Counted from the first letter of the stretch, positions 25,130-38,178 are shown. The stretch is DNA of 64,000 nucleotides from Octopus sinensis (GCF_006345805.1 NC_043000.1:150536001-150600000), one strand, 5' to 3'. Notes: generated by a model from the letters alone, not told the origin. Program-made: numbers and translations.

Positions 25130-25530
25130 TATCTTTTATCTTTTCCTTGTTTCAGTTATTAGATTGTGGCCATGCTGGGGCACCACTTTGAAGAATTTTA
25201 GCCCAAAGAACTGAACCCAGTACTTATGTTTTCTTTTTCTTTAATCCTGGTACTTATTCTATCAGTCTCTTTGCCAAACCGCTAAGTTATGGGGATGTAA
25301 ATACATGAACATTGGTTGTCAAGTTGTGGTGGGGGACAAACAAATACACAAAGACATACACACCCACACACTGGGCTTCTTTCAGTTTCTGTCTACCAAA
25401 TCCATTCACAAGGCTTTGGTCGGCCAGAGGCTATAGTAGAAGACACTTGCCAAAGGTGTCACACAGTGGGACTGAACTCAGAACCATGTGATTGGAAAGC
25501 AAGCTTCTTACTGCATAACCATGCCTGCAC
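25130..25530 (-). mobile_element. SINE-A, old diverged copy
   Basis: Recognisable modules. Confidence 0.7.
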
Positions 25531-25533
25531 CTG

Positions 25534-25585
<52 letters not shown>

Positions 25586-26212
25586 TGCCCAGGCTTGTGA
25601 CATTGGAGAGGAACACTCCAGGTACAAGTATATGGTCAGTTTGAACTGATAGTAGTCTTAGCGGATCCAGTACTTTGCATGAGATGGGATAATGTAACAA
25701 TATTTGTAGCAGTTTCTTGTCTTTACATCATGTCCCCTTCTTTGTGTATAAAAAGGTTTGATTTGTATTAGCTGTGAATGTGTTGTCAGCGTTTCCAAAG
25801 AGCAACAGATGTACCAATATTGCAGAAAATAATAAACGAACCAAAAATATTAATTCCTAAACTCCATATAAAGCATAATTCGTTAAGTCTTTATCTCTTT
25901 TGTAAAGTGTATTACATGTTTTTTTGTTTTTGATTAGCAAAGCTACAGCTGGGAACGCTACATTTATAAACCACACACCATATCAGCTTCAGTAGGATAA
26001 ACCAACTTCTTTAGTATAACAAGTCAACAGGGAGCCTTGATATGGTCACTTAAACTTCCGTAAATAGCAGCAACTCTCATTCAAATTACATCCTATTGTA
26101 AGACAGTAGGGGAAGACATTAGATGATGTAGTATCAGATAACCATGGTTACAGCTGGATCACCTTGAGATTTAATTCTCACTTCTATATTCAGTTAACAT
26201 AAGGTGGTGAGC

Positions 26213-26420
26213 TGGCTAATTCATTAACATGCTGGGCAAACTGCTTCGTGGCATTTCATCCGTCTTTATATTCTGAGTTCAAATTCCACCAAGGTTGACT
26301 TTGCCTTCCATCCTTATGGGGTCGATAAAATAAGTACCAGTTGATCACTGGAGTTGATGTAATTGACTTAACCCCTCCCCAAAACTTGCTGGCCTTCTTC
26401 CAAAATTTGAAGCCTATATT
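26213..26420 (+). mobile_element. SINE-E-related, diverged
   Basis: Head and Meta-like domain recognisable. Confidence 0.65.
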
Positions 26421-26480
26421 CAGTTAACATATTCAGTTGAATTTACTTTCTGTGGTTTCTTTTGACATGGTTCAGCAGAG

Positions 26481-26877
26481 AAAAGATCCTTTACTCTTTA
26501 CTCTTTTACTCTTTTACTTGTTTCAGTCCTTTGACTGTGGCCATGCTGGAGCACCGCCTTTAGTCGAGCAAATCGACTCCAGGACTTATTCTTTGTAAGC
26601 CTAGTACTTATTCTATCGGTCACTTTTGCCGAACCGCTAAGTAACGGGGACATAAACACACCAGCATCGGTTGTCAAGCAATGCTAGGGGGACAAACACA
26701 GACACACAAACACACACACGCATATATATATATATATACATATATACGACGGGCTTCTTTCAGTTTCCGTCTACCAAATCCACTCACAAGGCTTTGGTCG
26801 GCCCGGGGCTATAGTAGAAGACACTTGCCCATGTGGTTGGTAAACAAGCTACTTACCACACAGCCACTCCTGCGCCT
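26481..26877 (-). mobile_element. SINE-A with internal deletion
   Basis: Family consensus lacking part of the head. Confidence 0.88.
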
Positions 26878-27446
26878 ATATTGTAGAAAAAGGGAGGTGA
26901 AATTTTTAATGGAAACCCTTTGTTTGCTAGTAAAGACTAGTTTGAAAGGTTAAAGAACCATTTAAATTCAGAGAACAGGAAAATGACTTGGGTGGAGCTG
27001 CCACTGCTGACACGGAGGCTGCTACTAATTATCATGAGCTGCTAGAAAAAATTATTGCTAAAGGGGGCTACACACCAGAGCAAGTATACAATGTTGACGA
27101 AACTGCATGGCTTGCTAGAACTTTTATTTCTCAAGAAGGAAAATCAACACTGGAATTTAAAGCTTCAAAAATTTGTCTAGCACTTCTGGGAAGAAATGTC
27201 ATTGGGTTACACAAAGTTTAATTTACCTCTGATTTGGTGTTCAAATAAAAAGGCTTGAATGACTAAGAACCTTTTTGAAGAGTGGTTTGCAAGCATTTTT
27301 TTGTCCTGATGTAGAAAGGTTTCAGAGATAATATTTCTCCCCAAACATTGCTCATTTTGGACTATACACAAATCCATCCAATGAACTTAAATGGGCTTTC
27401 TGATAATGTGAGAGTAGAATACATCACCAAGAATACAGCTTCTTAA

Positions 27447-27666
27447 CCCTTTAGTGTTCAGGTTACTCTGTTAAATATAATACTTTTTCACTCAAATTGT
27501 TTTGAATTAATCATGCATTATCTTGTAGCTTTGAGGTTTCAGTGATGTGATTGTTTATTTTTAGCATGACATTGTAGGTTAGGTGTGAGAGGCTAGATAT
27601 AGCCAGTTTGAATATAAAACTTTTAGAATATTTGGGCCGGATATGGCCAGTTTAAACACTAAAGGG
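27447..27666. mobile_element. piggyBac-type MITE (family 2)
   Basis: TTAA|CCCTTTAGTGTT...AACACTAAAGGG|TTAA. Confidence 0.85.
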
Positions 27667-27670
27667 TTAA

Positions 27671-27902
27671 GGCAGTGAGCTGGCAGAAACGTTAGCATGC
27701 TGGGTGAAATTCTTAGCGGTATTTCGTCTGCCATTATGTTTTGAGTTCAAATTCCGTCGAGGTCGACTTTGCTTTTCATCTTTTCGGGGTCGATAAATTT
27801 TAAGTACCAGTTACGCACTGGAGTTGATGTAATCGACTTAAACCCTTTGTTTGTCCTTGTTTGTTCCCTCTATGTTTAGCCCCTTGTGGGCAATAAAGAA
27901 AT
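27671..27902 (+). mobile_element. SINE-E inside a Tigger relic
   Basis: TSD aagaatacagcttctt at 27429-44 and 27903-18. Confidence 0.87.
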
Positions 27903-28554
27903 AAGAATACAGCTTCTTTGCTACAGCCAGTAGAGTTAGGTGTGATAGGTAACTCCAAGGCATATTATCTGAGTTAAGGGATAAAGTGAAACTCTGAACT
28001 TTGGTGCTTAGAGAAATATATGGTCAGACTGTAGCTGTGACTTAACAAATTTTCCACAAGCAGAAAGTCTGTATCAAATTTTAAAAGATATTGTGACACT
28101 TGCAAATGATATAAGACTTGAAAAAGTCATAGCAGATAATGCGGTTGGGTTGCTAGTGTACCATAGAAGAAATAGCTCTAAAGCGGAACTGATGCTCTTA
28201 GAATAACAACAGTTAGCTGATAATACAGATGATAATATAGAAATTCCATCAACTCCATTTGAATCCACTAAAAATATATTGTTAAAGGTTTGGCTTTACA
28301 GGGTGTTTGGGCTAAATAAGTATTTTAAAAAAATGAAAAAAGTTTTATCAGCTAGATTATGGTTGGGAGGTAATTGTTTACTGAAAGTAGTCACCCTCAG
28401 CTTACACTATGGCTTCAAGACAGCCCTGGAAATTAGTGCATGCATTCCTAACTGTGTTTCTGGAAAGATTTTCAAATATTTCCTTGATCTTGGCCATCAG
28501 CTGGGCCTCGGTGTTGCAGGCAGGGTGGTTGATGTCTTTCTCAACTATGCCTCA

Positions 28555-29067
28555 TCATCATCATCATCATCATTATCATTGTTTAACGTCCGTTCTCCAT
28601 GCTAGCATGGGTTGGACGGTTCGACCGGGGTCTGGAAAGCCAGGGGCTGCACCAGGCTCCAGTCTGATCTGGCAGTGTTTCTACAGCTGGATGCCCTTCC
28701 TAACGCCAACCACTCCGCGGGTGTAGTGGGTGCTTTTTACGTGCCACCGGCACAGGTGCCAGGGGAATCTGGCATCGGCCACGATCGGTTGGTGCTTTTA
28801 CCGTGCCACCGGCACGGAAGCCAGTCAAGGTGGCGCTGGCATCGGCCACGTTTGGATGGTGCTTTTTATGTGCCACCGGCACAGAAGCCAGTCGAGGCAG
28901 CGCTGGCATCGGCCATGTTCGGATGGTGCTTTTTATGTGCCACCGGCACAGAAGCCAGTCGAGGCAGCGCTGGTATCGGCCATGTTCGGATGGTGCTTTT
29001 TATGTGCCACCGGCACAGAAGCCAGTCGAGGCGGCGCTGGCATCGGCCATGTTCGGATGGTGCTTTT
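28555..29067 (-). mobile_element. RTE 3'-UTR fragment with 67-bp VNTR
   Basis: Unit starts at 28805, 28872, 28939 and 29006. Confidence 0.88.
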
Positions 29068-29708
29068 TGATAATCCATGGGATTACAATTGGGGAGATTA
29101 GGAAGCCAGAAATTGGGGTTGCGGAAGTTGAAGAAATTCTTTGACAGCTACTTCTAACTCTTTCCAGAGGGATGGCAAGGAGCCGAATCCTGCTGCCACA
29201 CATATGACCTTTCTACAATAACCCCACCTCCAGCCAGGGATTGACCAGAGTCTCCAGCAGCTTCACAGAGCCATCTGAATTGAGCATATGGCTCTGTTCA
29301 TCAGCTGTTGGATAAATTCCAGCATGTGGATACAATCAGAACACCTGTTGTGTCCCTTTGTGATGGTCATGGTTTCTTAGTCTCTGTTGCAGCTGTCCAT
29401 ATCACATCTCACAGTCTTTACGGTGTTTACACAGCATTGAGCTGTAACCATGGTGTTGGCATTTTGATATCTGGTGCAAATCATCATGATACAGGTAACT
29501 CTTTTCCCAATATTCAAATTGCTTCCAATCTTCCATGTCAGCTAACTTTTTTCTAAGTTACAACTTTTAATGTTAATGTTCTCCAATACTGTTTACCTTT
29601 CACAAATACAAGCTGTTCCTGTAAAAGGGAAGCATTAAGAATCACCATATTTAGTCTGAACACCCTGTACAAAGAGAAGTCTGCATGTTTTTGCTGATAA
29701 CAACCCTC

Positions 29709-30425
29709 ATTCATCATCATCATCATCATCATCATTTAGCGTCCGCCTTCCATGCTAGCATGGGTTGGACGGTTCAACTGGGGACTGCGAAGCCGGAAGG
29801 CTGCATCAGGCCCAGTCTGATCTGGCAGTGTTTCTACAGCTGGGTGCCCTTCCTAACGCCAACCACTCTGTGAGTGTAGTGGGTGCTTTTTATGTGCCAC
29901 CCGCACGGGTGCCAGGCGAGGCTGGCAACGGCCATGGTTGGATTGGTGCATTTTACGTGCCACCGGCACGGAAGCCAGTCAAGGCGGCACTGGCTTTGGC
30001 TACAATTCGGATGGTGCTTTTTACGTGCCACCGACATGGAAGCCAGTCGAGGCGGCACTGGCATCGGCCACGATTCGGATAGTGCTTTTTACGTATCTCC
30101 AGTCCAGTGGTCCTGGCATCTGCCGGGTGCCAGTCATAGGATTGGTTCAATTTTGATTCCGATTTCGATTTCACTTGCCCCAACAGGTCTTCGCAAGCAA
30201 AGGGGGGTTGGCATAGGTGCCTGTCGTCGGATGAGGTTCGATATCGACTTCGCTTGCCTCAACAGGTCTTTGTGTGTCCAAGGGAGGAAAGGCATGCATA
30301 AGTGGGCTGGACTCACTTGTCCTGCCTGGTCTTTTCACGCACAGCATATTTCCAAAGGTCTCGGTCGCTGGTCATTTCCTCAGTGAGACCTAAAGTTCGA
30401 AGGTTGTGCTTCACCACCTCGTCCC
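29709..30425 (-). mobile_element. RTE 3' end including ORF terminus
   Basis: The minus strand reads WDEVVKHNLRTLGLTEEMTSDRDLWKYAV, then the UTR modules and tail. Confidence 0.85.
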
Positions 30426-30756
30426 CTCGTCCCAAGTTTTCCTGAGTCTATTGTGAATGTAAAATAAAAATCACAAGAGGATTTTACAAGCTCAGTTCCT
30501 ACACTGAGCTGTACAAAGAGGTAATTCCCCATAAACATCCAACAATTTCAAATATGTGTTTTACCCCTCAACTACATGTTAATGATAAAGATAGTGTCTG
30601 CTGTTATCCTCCCAGTAACTTTCATTCTGCTATCACCATCCCTCAAATAGTAGTCACCTTTTTTTTTATGGTAAAAATCTACTCTATTACAATATTACAA
30701 TTCTTATTTATTCCCTAATGTGTTTCTCTTCAAATGTTTTTATGTGAACATTTTGT

Positions 30757-31545
30757 ACTCTTTACTCTTTACTCTTTCACTTGTTTCAGTCATTTGACTG
30801 CGGCCATGCTGGAGCACCGCCTTTTAATCGAGCAAATCGTCCCCGGGACTTATTCTTTGTAAGCTCAGTACTTATTCTATCGGTCTCTTTTGCTGAACCG
30901 CCAAGTGACGGGGACATAAACACACCAGCATCGGTTGTCAAGCAATGCTAGGGGGACAAACACAGACACACAAACACACACACGCATACATATATATGCA
31001 TATATACGACGGGCTTCTTACAGTTTCCGTCTACCAAATCCACTCACAAGGCTTTGGTCGGCCCGAGGCTATAGTAGAAGACACTTGCCTGAGGTGCCAC
31101 GCAGTGGGACTGAACCCGGAACCATGTGGTTTGTTAGCAAGCTACTTACCACACAGCCGTGGAGGCGCAATGGCCCAGTGGTTAGGGCAGCGGACTCGCG
31201 AGCATAGGATCGCAGTTTCGATTACCAGACCGGGCGTTGTGAGTGTTTATTGAGCGAAAACACCTAAAAGCTCCATGAGGCTCCAGTAGGGGATGGTGTT
31301 GATCCCTGCTATACTCTTTCACCACAACTTTCTCTCACTCTTACTTCCTGTTTCTGTTGTACCTGTATTTCAAGGGGCCAGCCTTGTCACTCTCTGTGTC
31401 ACGCTGAATATCCCCGAGAACTACGTTAAGGGTACACGTGTCTGTGGTGTGCTCAGCCACTTACACGTTAATTTCAGATCAACCGGAACCCTCATCGTCG
31501 TTACCGACGGAGTGCTTCCACACACCACACAGCCACTCCTGCGCC
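30757..31545 (-). mobile_element. SINE-A interrupted by SINE-B
   Basis: Head split at ccacacagcc, which is duplicated at 31149-58 and 31525-34. Confidence 0.88.
31159..31524 (+). mobile_element. SINE-B nested in SINE-A
   Basis: Near-identical to 6666-7047; 10-bp TSD. Confidence 0.9.
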
Positions 31546-33064
31546 TGTGTATATTTAGAAATTATGTACATAAAAGTGGTTGTGTTGCTGGTAGGTTTTT
31601 CTATTTTTGTTTGAGAAAATTTGTTGAAATATATTATCACTTTATAACATGGAAATCAATAGGAAAATTAATTTTGCTTTACAGGATTTCATGCTACATC
31701 AAGTTTTTCAAGAATGCATTACTCCCTTAATGCTGTAGATTCCTGTATTTAGAATATTGCTGACTGGAATTCATAAACTAATCTCAGATTCTAATTTACA
31801 AAACAAAATCGTACATAAATTTCACGTGACAAAACTGCAACATTGAAGTATATTGACAAAATAGAAGTAATTCAATTTATGAGTTATGAAAAATTTATTT
31901 ACTCTTAATTTTGCTTATCATTAATTAACAAAAAATTTGTTTTTAATTATTGGTTGTAATTATAAAAAAACACTATTCAATTTAATTACAGTGGGAGATG
32001 TTAATATTCAGAAAAAAGTGAAAGGTATTTATCTTAGAAGAAGGAAATTTCACTTGTTTGCTTACTCTTGAAACAGCTTTGACTGTCCTATTTACCCAAC
32101 CAAGAGAAAACATTTGCATTGTTGCTTAGTGAGTGTCAGTTTACTATAGAAAACTGGTAGTTTTGGGTTAGTTCATATAATATCATATCATAACGTGTGT
32201 GTGTGTGTGTGTGTGTTTGTGTGTGTTTGTGTGCTAGCATGTATCTGCGTAATTCTTTTCACCACTTTATTCATATCAGATGTTTCCATTAATTAGTGTT
32301 TATTCATAAAAAGATTTTATGTGTCCTACATGATATTTAATATGTTACATAAGAATATCATAATCATCTTTATGGCCTTAAATTTAAGCAGTTGAATGAA
32401 ACTATTCTCCTAAATATATCCCTTCTTCTTTATAGAGCTAAAGTCTACAACCTTTAAGCCCAAAACTTTTAATTAGTCCACATGCTGCTTTGCTGTAACT
32501 ATAGTGATAAACAAAATCAACATCTCATCATTAAGAAGCATCTATAAAATATCACAATGTTGAAGGAAAGCTCAGAACAGCTTCATTGCATTACATGGCT
32601 GTCAAGCTTTCTTTGCGCACAAATTAAAACTGGACTTTCTGGTTCTCTGTCGAGAGGATCGTTGCTATTATTTTTTTTTAGGAATCCTCCTCCCCACTTC
32701 TCAAAAGTACTTCTGCAAATTAAGTGACTGTATTTGCTACTCTTTCTGCTTTTGCTCTTTTAAACAAGCAGTAAAATAATAGCCCCCCACCCTCCACTTG
32801 CCTTCCCTTATTGAAATCCCCTCTATGTGCACTTGCACTCAGTTGTCAAATACAAAACCCCCTCTAGTTGCTGCTACCCAACAACTGCATCTTGTTCTTT
32901 CAGTAATTCCACTATTACTTTGTAATGGTGTGCTTCCAAGCTGGTTCACATTCTCACCAGTTTTTTTCTGTCTGTCTCTGTCTATATATATATATATAAA
33001 AACCAGCTTAGAGAAGAAGAAACGAAACGAATCGAATCGAATCGATGCGAATCAACGTGTGTGT

Positions 33065-33071
33065 ATATATA

Positions 33072-33126
<55 letters not shown>
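33065..33126. repeat. (TA)n(CA)n microsatellite
   Basis: Direct reading. Similar (TA)n tracts occur at about 3727, 25540, 42225 and 55820. Confidence 0.9.
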
Positions 33127-33127
<1 letters not shown>

Positions 33128-33484
33128 GAGCAAAATGCCTCCCACTGTCCAATGGACAGTGCTGAGTTGTCAAACATTTAAACCAAATTTTCTCAAAACA
33201 ACTTGTCTGACCATCCCATAGGCCTCCCCTTTGAGAAACACTGATTTAACCTAAATTTGAGACACCAGCAAAAGAAGAAATAAAGATAGACATTTTTTCT
33301 ATTCCAAAGAATGCTTTATCGATTGCATTCTCACCTGGAATCGATTTTTGTAATTTTTTCAAGACTTATACACACTCTGATACCGTCTGTATCTACATAT
33401 CAAATTTGAGTGCAATCGGATGGAGGATGCCTGAGATCCTAGAAGACACACACACACACACAGACAGACAGAACAGATTTTAAG

Positions 33485-33658
33485 CACCCACTACACTCAC
33501 GGAGTGGTTGGCGTTAGGAAGGGCATCCAACTGTAGAAACACTGCCAGATCAGACTGGAGCCTGGTGCAGCCTCCTGGCTTCCCAGACCCCGGTAGAACC
33601 GTCCAACCCATGCTAGCATGGAAAATGGACGTTAAATGACGATGATGATGATGATGAT
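33485..33658 (+). mobile_element. RTE 3'-end fragment
   Basis: Family tail ending in (GAT)n. Confidence 0.8.
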
Positions 33659-33972
33659 ATATATATTTAGAAAGTGAAATCTCTCTAACCTTGCCAGCTA
33701 CCAGCCTTAGTGTTTCCTTTCTTTAGTGTGCAACTAATAAGCCAAATTTACTTAGTCTCTGACATCACTCATAAACTATCCTTTAACTGGATGGATGTAA
33801 AGTTATCCTTTAACCATTTCAGGCATAAAAAAAACAAAACCTTTTGATAAAAATGCTTTTCTATAGACCTCTCCTATTTCTCATCTTTTGGAGCAGGAAG
33901 TTTCTAGTTAAAGTCTATCTGACACATATTCTGTTGATTGTTGGTATTTTCATGCACATCTTTATTACTGTA

Positions 33973-34299
33973 CTAGCATTATGACCCGTTGTTGCCGGGT
34001 CATAGTGCTAGTGCAGGTATATATGTGTATATATATATGTGTACATATTACATGTACATCTATATATATATATATACATCTACACATAAAATACAAAATA
34101 CAAAGTTATATCTTGATATCGCTAGTGATAACAATACTCAAAATATATATAACAGACTGGAATTGTAAGCCCGTCTCTTGCAATTTCGATCAATTGTATC
34201 TAGTCCTCCCTCTTCTATAGAAGTGTGTAGTTCTCAAGTTTTAGGGAAACACACAGACAGACAGACAGACACACATTTCCAGTTTTATATATATAGAGA
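33973..34299 (-). mobile_element. Non-autonomous Helitron (other family)
   Basis: On minus: 5' TC, (GTCT)n, 3' hairpin atgacccg...cgggtcat + CTAG. Confidence 0.7.
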
Positions 34300-34334
34300 T
34301 TTCAACCACATACACATACCTAAGTATATTATAA

Positions 34335-34564
34335 GGCGGCGAGCTGGCAGAAACGTTAGCACGCCGGGAGAAATGCGTAGCCGTGTTTCGTCTGGCGTTA
34401 CGTTCTGGGTTCAAATTTCGCCGAGGTCGACTTTACCTTTCATCCTTTCGGGGTCGATAAATTAAGTACCAGTTACACACTGGGGTCAATATAATCGACT
34501 TAATCCGTTTATCTGTCCTTGTTTGTCCCCTCTGTGTTTAGCCCCTTGTGGGTAGTAAAGAAAT
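34335..34564 (+). mobile_element. SINE-E (about 230 bp, Meta-domain-like), single copy
   Basis: Head ggcggcgagctggcagaa...gggttcaaat. The central ggtcgactttacctttcatcctttcggggtcgataaattaagtaccag resembles the MetaSINE domain as recalled. Confidence 0.82.
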
Positions 34565-35322
34565 ATATATTATGCCACCCTTTGCTCCTTGATAGCCTTT
34601 TGCACACAGCTTTTCATCTATATGTAACTAAAGTACTTTCTGTTAGATATTCATTATTCTATGAACAAATCAGTGAAGAAAACCGCCCACTGGCGACATG
34701 GCTGTCTCTATTATTCAATAACACCGAGGAAGTCTTTACACATCAATAAACTCGTTTACAACACTTCACATGTTCTACTCATGAAAAATTGACGACTAAA
34801 TTCTTTACAAATGCTTTACAAATGCCAGCTCATACAATCACATATAATCGCACATGTTATGTATTATGTATGTACGGTAAACTTACATATATATAACATA
34901 GCCAAAACAACATCCGAAAAGCTAGGCTTTCTCTTCAGGATGAGAAAATACTTCAACTCTGCATAGCCGGTGTCCTACCTAGGATATGGGACATTTTGGC
35001 TCAGCTGTTTCGGTAACACTGATCCAATGCTGACTTTCAGATGTTTTACTGTTTCACTCATTCTCTCTTTTCCTCTCTCTCTCTCTCCCTCTATCTCTCT
35101 CTGTTTATGTGTGTGAGCATATTTCTTGATGAATAGGAGGGGTTTTATGTCAGTCATGTTCAATTAATAAATTGTCCTGTCCCTCTCTCTCTCTCTCACT
35201 CCCCTTCCTCTCTCTTTCTCTTACCCATCCTGTCTGTATATATATATATAGATTTCTCTGTGTGTTGTGCATTTGTGTGTTTGCTTCCAGTGCATAAAAG
35301 TACTGTTGCCAAAACATGTTCA

Positions 35323-36503
35323 CCCTTTCGTTACCAACCCGGCTGAAACCTATTTCTTTACTACCCACAAGGGGTTAAACATAGAGGGATAAACAAGGAC
35401 AGACATAGGTATTAAGTCGATTACATAGACCCCAGTGCGTAACTGGTACTTAATTTATCGACCCCGAAAGGATGAAAGGCAAAGTCAACCTCGGCGGAAT
35501 TTGAACTCACAGCGTAACGACAGACGAAATACCTATTTCTTTACTACCCACAAGGGGCTAAACACTGAGGGGATAAACAAGGACAGACATAGTATTAAGT
35601 CGATTACATCGACCCCAGTGCGTAACTGTACTTAATTATTGACCCCGAAAGGATGAAGGCAAAGTCACCTCGGCGGAATTTGAACTCACAGCGTAACGAC
35701 AGACGAAATACCTATTTCTTTACTACCCACAAGGGGCTAAACACTGAGGGGACAAACAAGGACAGACATAGGTATTAAGTCGATTACATCGACCCCAGTG
35801 CGTAACTGGTACTAATTTATTGACCCCGAAAGGATGAAAGGCAAAGTCAACCTCGCGGAATTTGAACTCACAGCGTAACGACAGACAAAATACCTATTTC
35901 TTTACTACCACAAGGGGCTAAACACTGAGGGGACAAACAAGGACAGACATAGGTATTAAGTTGATTACATCGACCCCAGTGCGTAACTGGTACTTAATTT
36001 ATTGACCCCGAAAGGATGAAAGGCAAAGTCAACCTCGGCGGAATTTGAACTCACAGCGTAACGACAGACGAAATACCTATTTCTTTACTACCCACAAGGG
36101 GCTAAACACTGAGGGGACAAACAAGGACAGACATAGGTATTAAGTTGATTACATCGACCCCAGTGCGTAACTGGTACTTAATTTATTGACCCCGAAAGGA
36201 TGAAAGGCAAATTCAACCTTGGCGGAATTTGAACTCAGAACGTAACGACAGACGAAATACCGTTAAGCATTTCATCCGGCGTGCTAACGTTTCTGCCAGC
36301 TTGCCGGCTCTGGTTCTGAATACAAATGTCTTGTTTTCATAAGTTTCCAGTTAAAATCTTCCACCAATGTTGATCCTTAGTCACAATTTATGTTCCTAAC
36401 ACTAGCTTAATGATAACTAAGTTATTTTACTAAATTCTTTGTTATATTTAAAATAATTGAAAGAAACACAGAGCATCTCAACAGGAATATGGTAACGAAA
36501 GGG
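35323..36503. mobile_element. piggyBac-type MITE (family 1) split by the SINE-E array
   Basis: TIRs ccctttcgttacca / tggtaacgaaaggg; body homologous to 21515-21733. Confidence 0.8.
35349..36307 (-). repeat. SINE-E tandem array: one full copy + four head-less about 181-bp units, inserted in a MITE
   Basis: Units start at about 35349, 35531, 35710, 35891 and 36072. The head is present only at 36250-36307. Confidence 0.9.
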
Positions 36504-36644
36504 TTAAATAACCAGTCATCCTTGCCTAATTGCCCGCAGCTAAACAAACTGCACCCAGTTGTCTCATTCTGTCTTGCCTGAACGCACATCTGGGTGGTGA
36601 GGGATGGTGGTACTACTATACACACGGTGGTACTACTATACACA

Positions 36645-37246
36645 GGCGGCGAGCTGGCAGAAACGTTAACACGCCGGGCGAAATGCTTAGCAGTATTTCG
36701 TCTGCTGTTATGTTCTGAGTTCAAATTCCGCCGGGGTCGACTTTGCCTTTCATCCTTTCGGGGTAGATAAATTAAGTAACAGTTACGCACTGGGGTCGAT
36801 GTAATCGACTTAATCCGTTTGTCTATCCTTGTTCGTCCCCTCTGTGTTTAGCCCCTTGTGGGTAGTAAAGAAATAGGTATTTCATCTGTGTTTACGTTCT
36901 GAGTTCAAATTCCGCCGAGGTCAACTTTGCCTTTCATCCTTTCGGGGTCGATAAATTAAGTACCAGTTACACACTGGGGTTGATGTAATCGACTTAATAC
37001 CTATGTCTGTCCTTGTTTGTCCCTTCTATGTTTAGCCCCTTGTGGGTAATAAAGAAATAGGTATTTCATCTGTGTTTATGTTCTGAGTTCAAATTCCGCC
37101 GAGGTCAACTTTGCCTTTCATCCTTTCGGGGTAGATAAATTAAGAACCAGTTATGCACTGGGGTCGATGTAATCGACTTAATACCTATGTCTGTCCTTGT
37201 TTGTCCTCTCTGTGTTTAGCCCCTTGTGGGTAGTAAAGAAATAGGT
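36645..37246 (+). repeat. SINE-E tandem array: one full copy + two head-less units
   Basis: 16-bp TSD ggtactactatacaca at 36629-44 and 37244-59 encloses all three units. Confidence 0.9.
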
Positions 37247-37729
37247 ACTACTATACACACATGTATTCAAGATTACATTCTGAAAAAAAACCCCCAAAAA
37301 ACAGAAAGTGCTATCCAGCTGATTGGCAAACCTTCAGTCATTAATATGGTACAAACCGTTGACCAACTGAAATATTGTGTTATCCCCTTCTTTCAACTGA
37401 AGAAAAATTGTTTTCACATTTTTTTGCATTGGTTTAATAGTAGTTATTACATATTATAATAATAATGAAATACTGAACTTTTCAGTCACCAGATAAGAAA
37501 TTACCTTAACTACCAGAAACATGACAAAGCTGTTTTCAAATTGTACTATAAAACTAAGATTAAGGTCTTGTAGGCAGAGAAACTCATCATCATTACTGCA
37601 ACTCTCTTCTGACAAATATTTATGTTGTATGTTATAGACTACATAAAATCAGCAGGTTGAGGATCTCTAATTCATAAATATATATAACCAAAATAGATGA
37701 ACATCAATGGAATTTGTATCCTTGTGGTA

Positions 37730-38178
37730 CCAGTGCCGGTGGCACACAAGAAAACCATCCGAACGTGACCGTAGCCAGTACCACATCGACTGACCTCCGT
37801 GCTGAGGGCACGTAACAAACACCATCCGAGCGTGGCCGTCTGCCAGCCTCGTCTGGCACCTGTGTCGGTGGCACATAAAAAACACCATCCGAGCGTGGCC
37901 ATCTGCCAGCCTCGTCTGGCACCTGTGTCGGTAGCACATAAAAAACACCATCCGAGCGTGGCCGTCTGCCAGCCTCGTTTGGCACCTGTGTTGGTGGCAC
38001 ATAAAATCACCCACTACACTCTCAGAGTGGTTGGCGTTAGGAAGGGCATCCAGCCGTAGAAACACTGCCAGATCTGACTGGCCTGGTGCAGCCTTCGGGC
38101 TTGCCAGGCCCCAGTTGAACCGTCCAACCCATGCTAGCATGGAAAGCGGACATTAAACGATGATGATGATGATGATGA
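37730..38178 (+). mobile_element. RTE 3'-UTR fragment with 63-bp VNTR
   Basis: Unit starts at 37820, 37883 and 37946; (GAT)n tail. Confidence 0.88.

Larger units (their letters stand above)
26880..28260 (+). pseudogene. Tigger/pogo-family transposase relic
   Basis: GGAATAD...GGYTPEQVYNVDET, LLILD and KNTAS/LLQPVELGVI...KAYY. It has frameshifts and a nested MITE + SINE. Confidence 0.8.

Noticed and set aside
34908-34942. Hammerhead-like CUGAAGA-GAAAG hairpin on the minus strand
   Set aside because: It lacks GAAAC, stem III and the NUH cleavage triplet.
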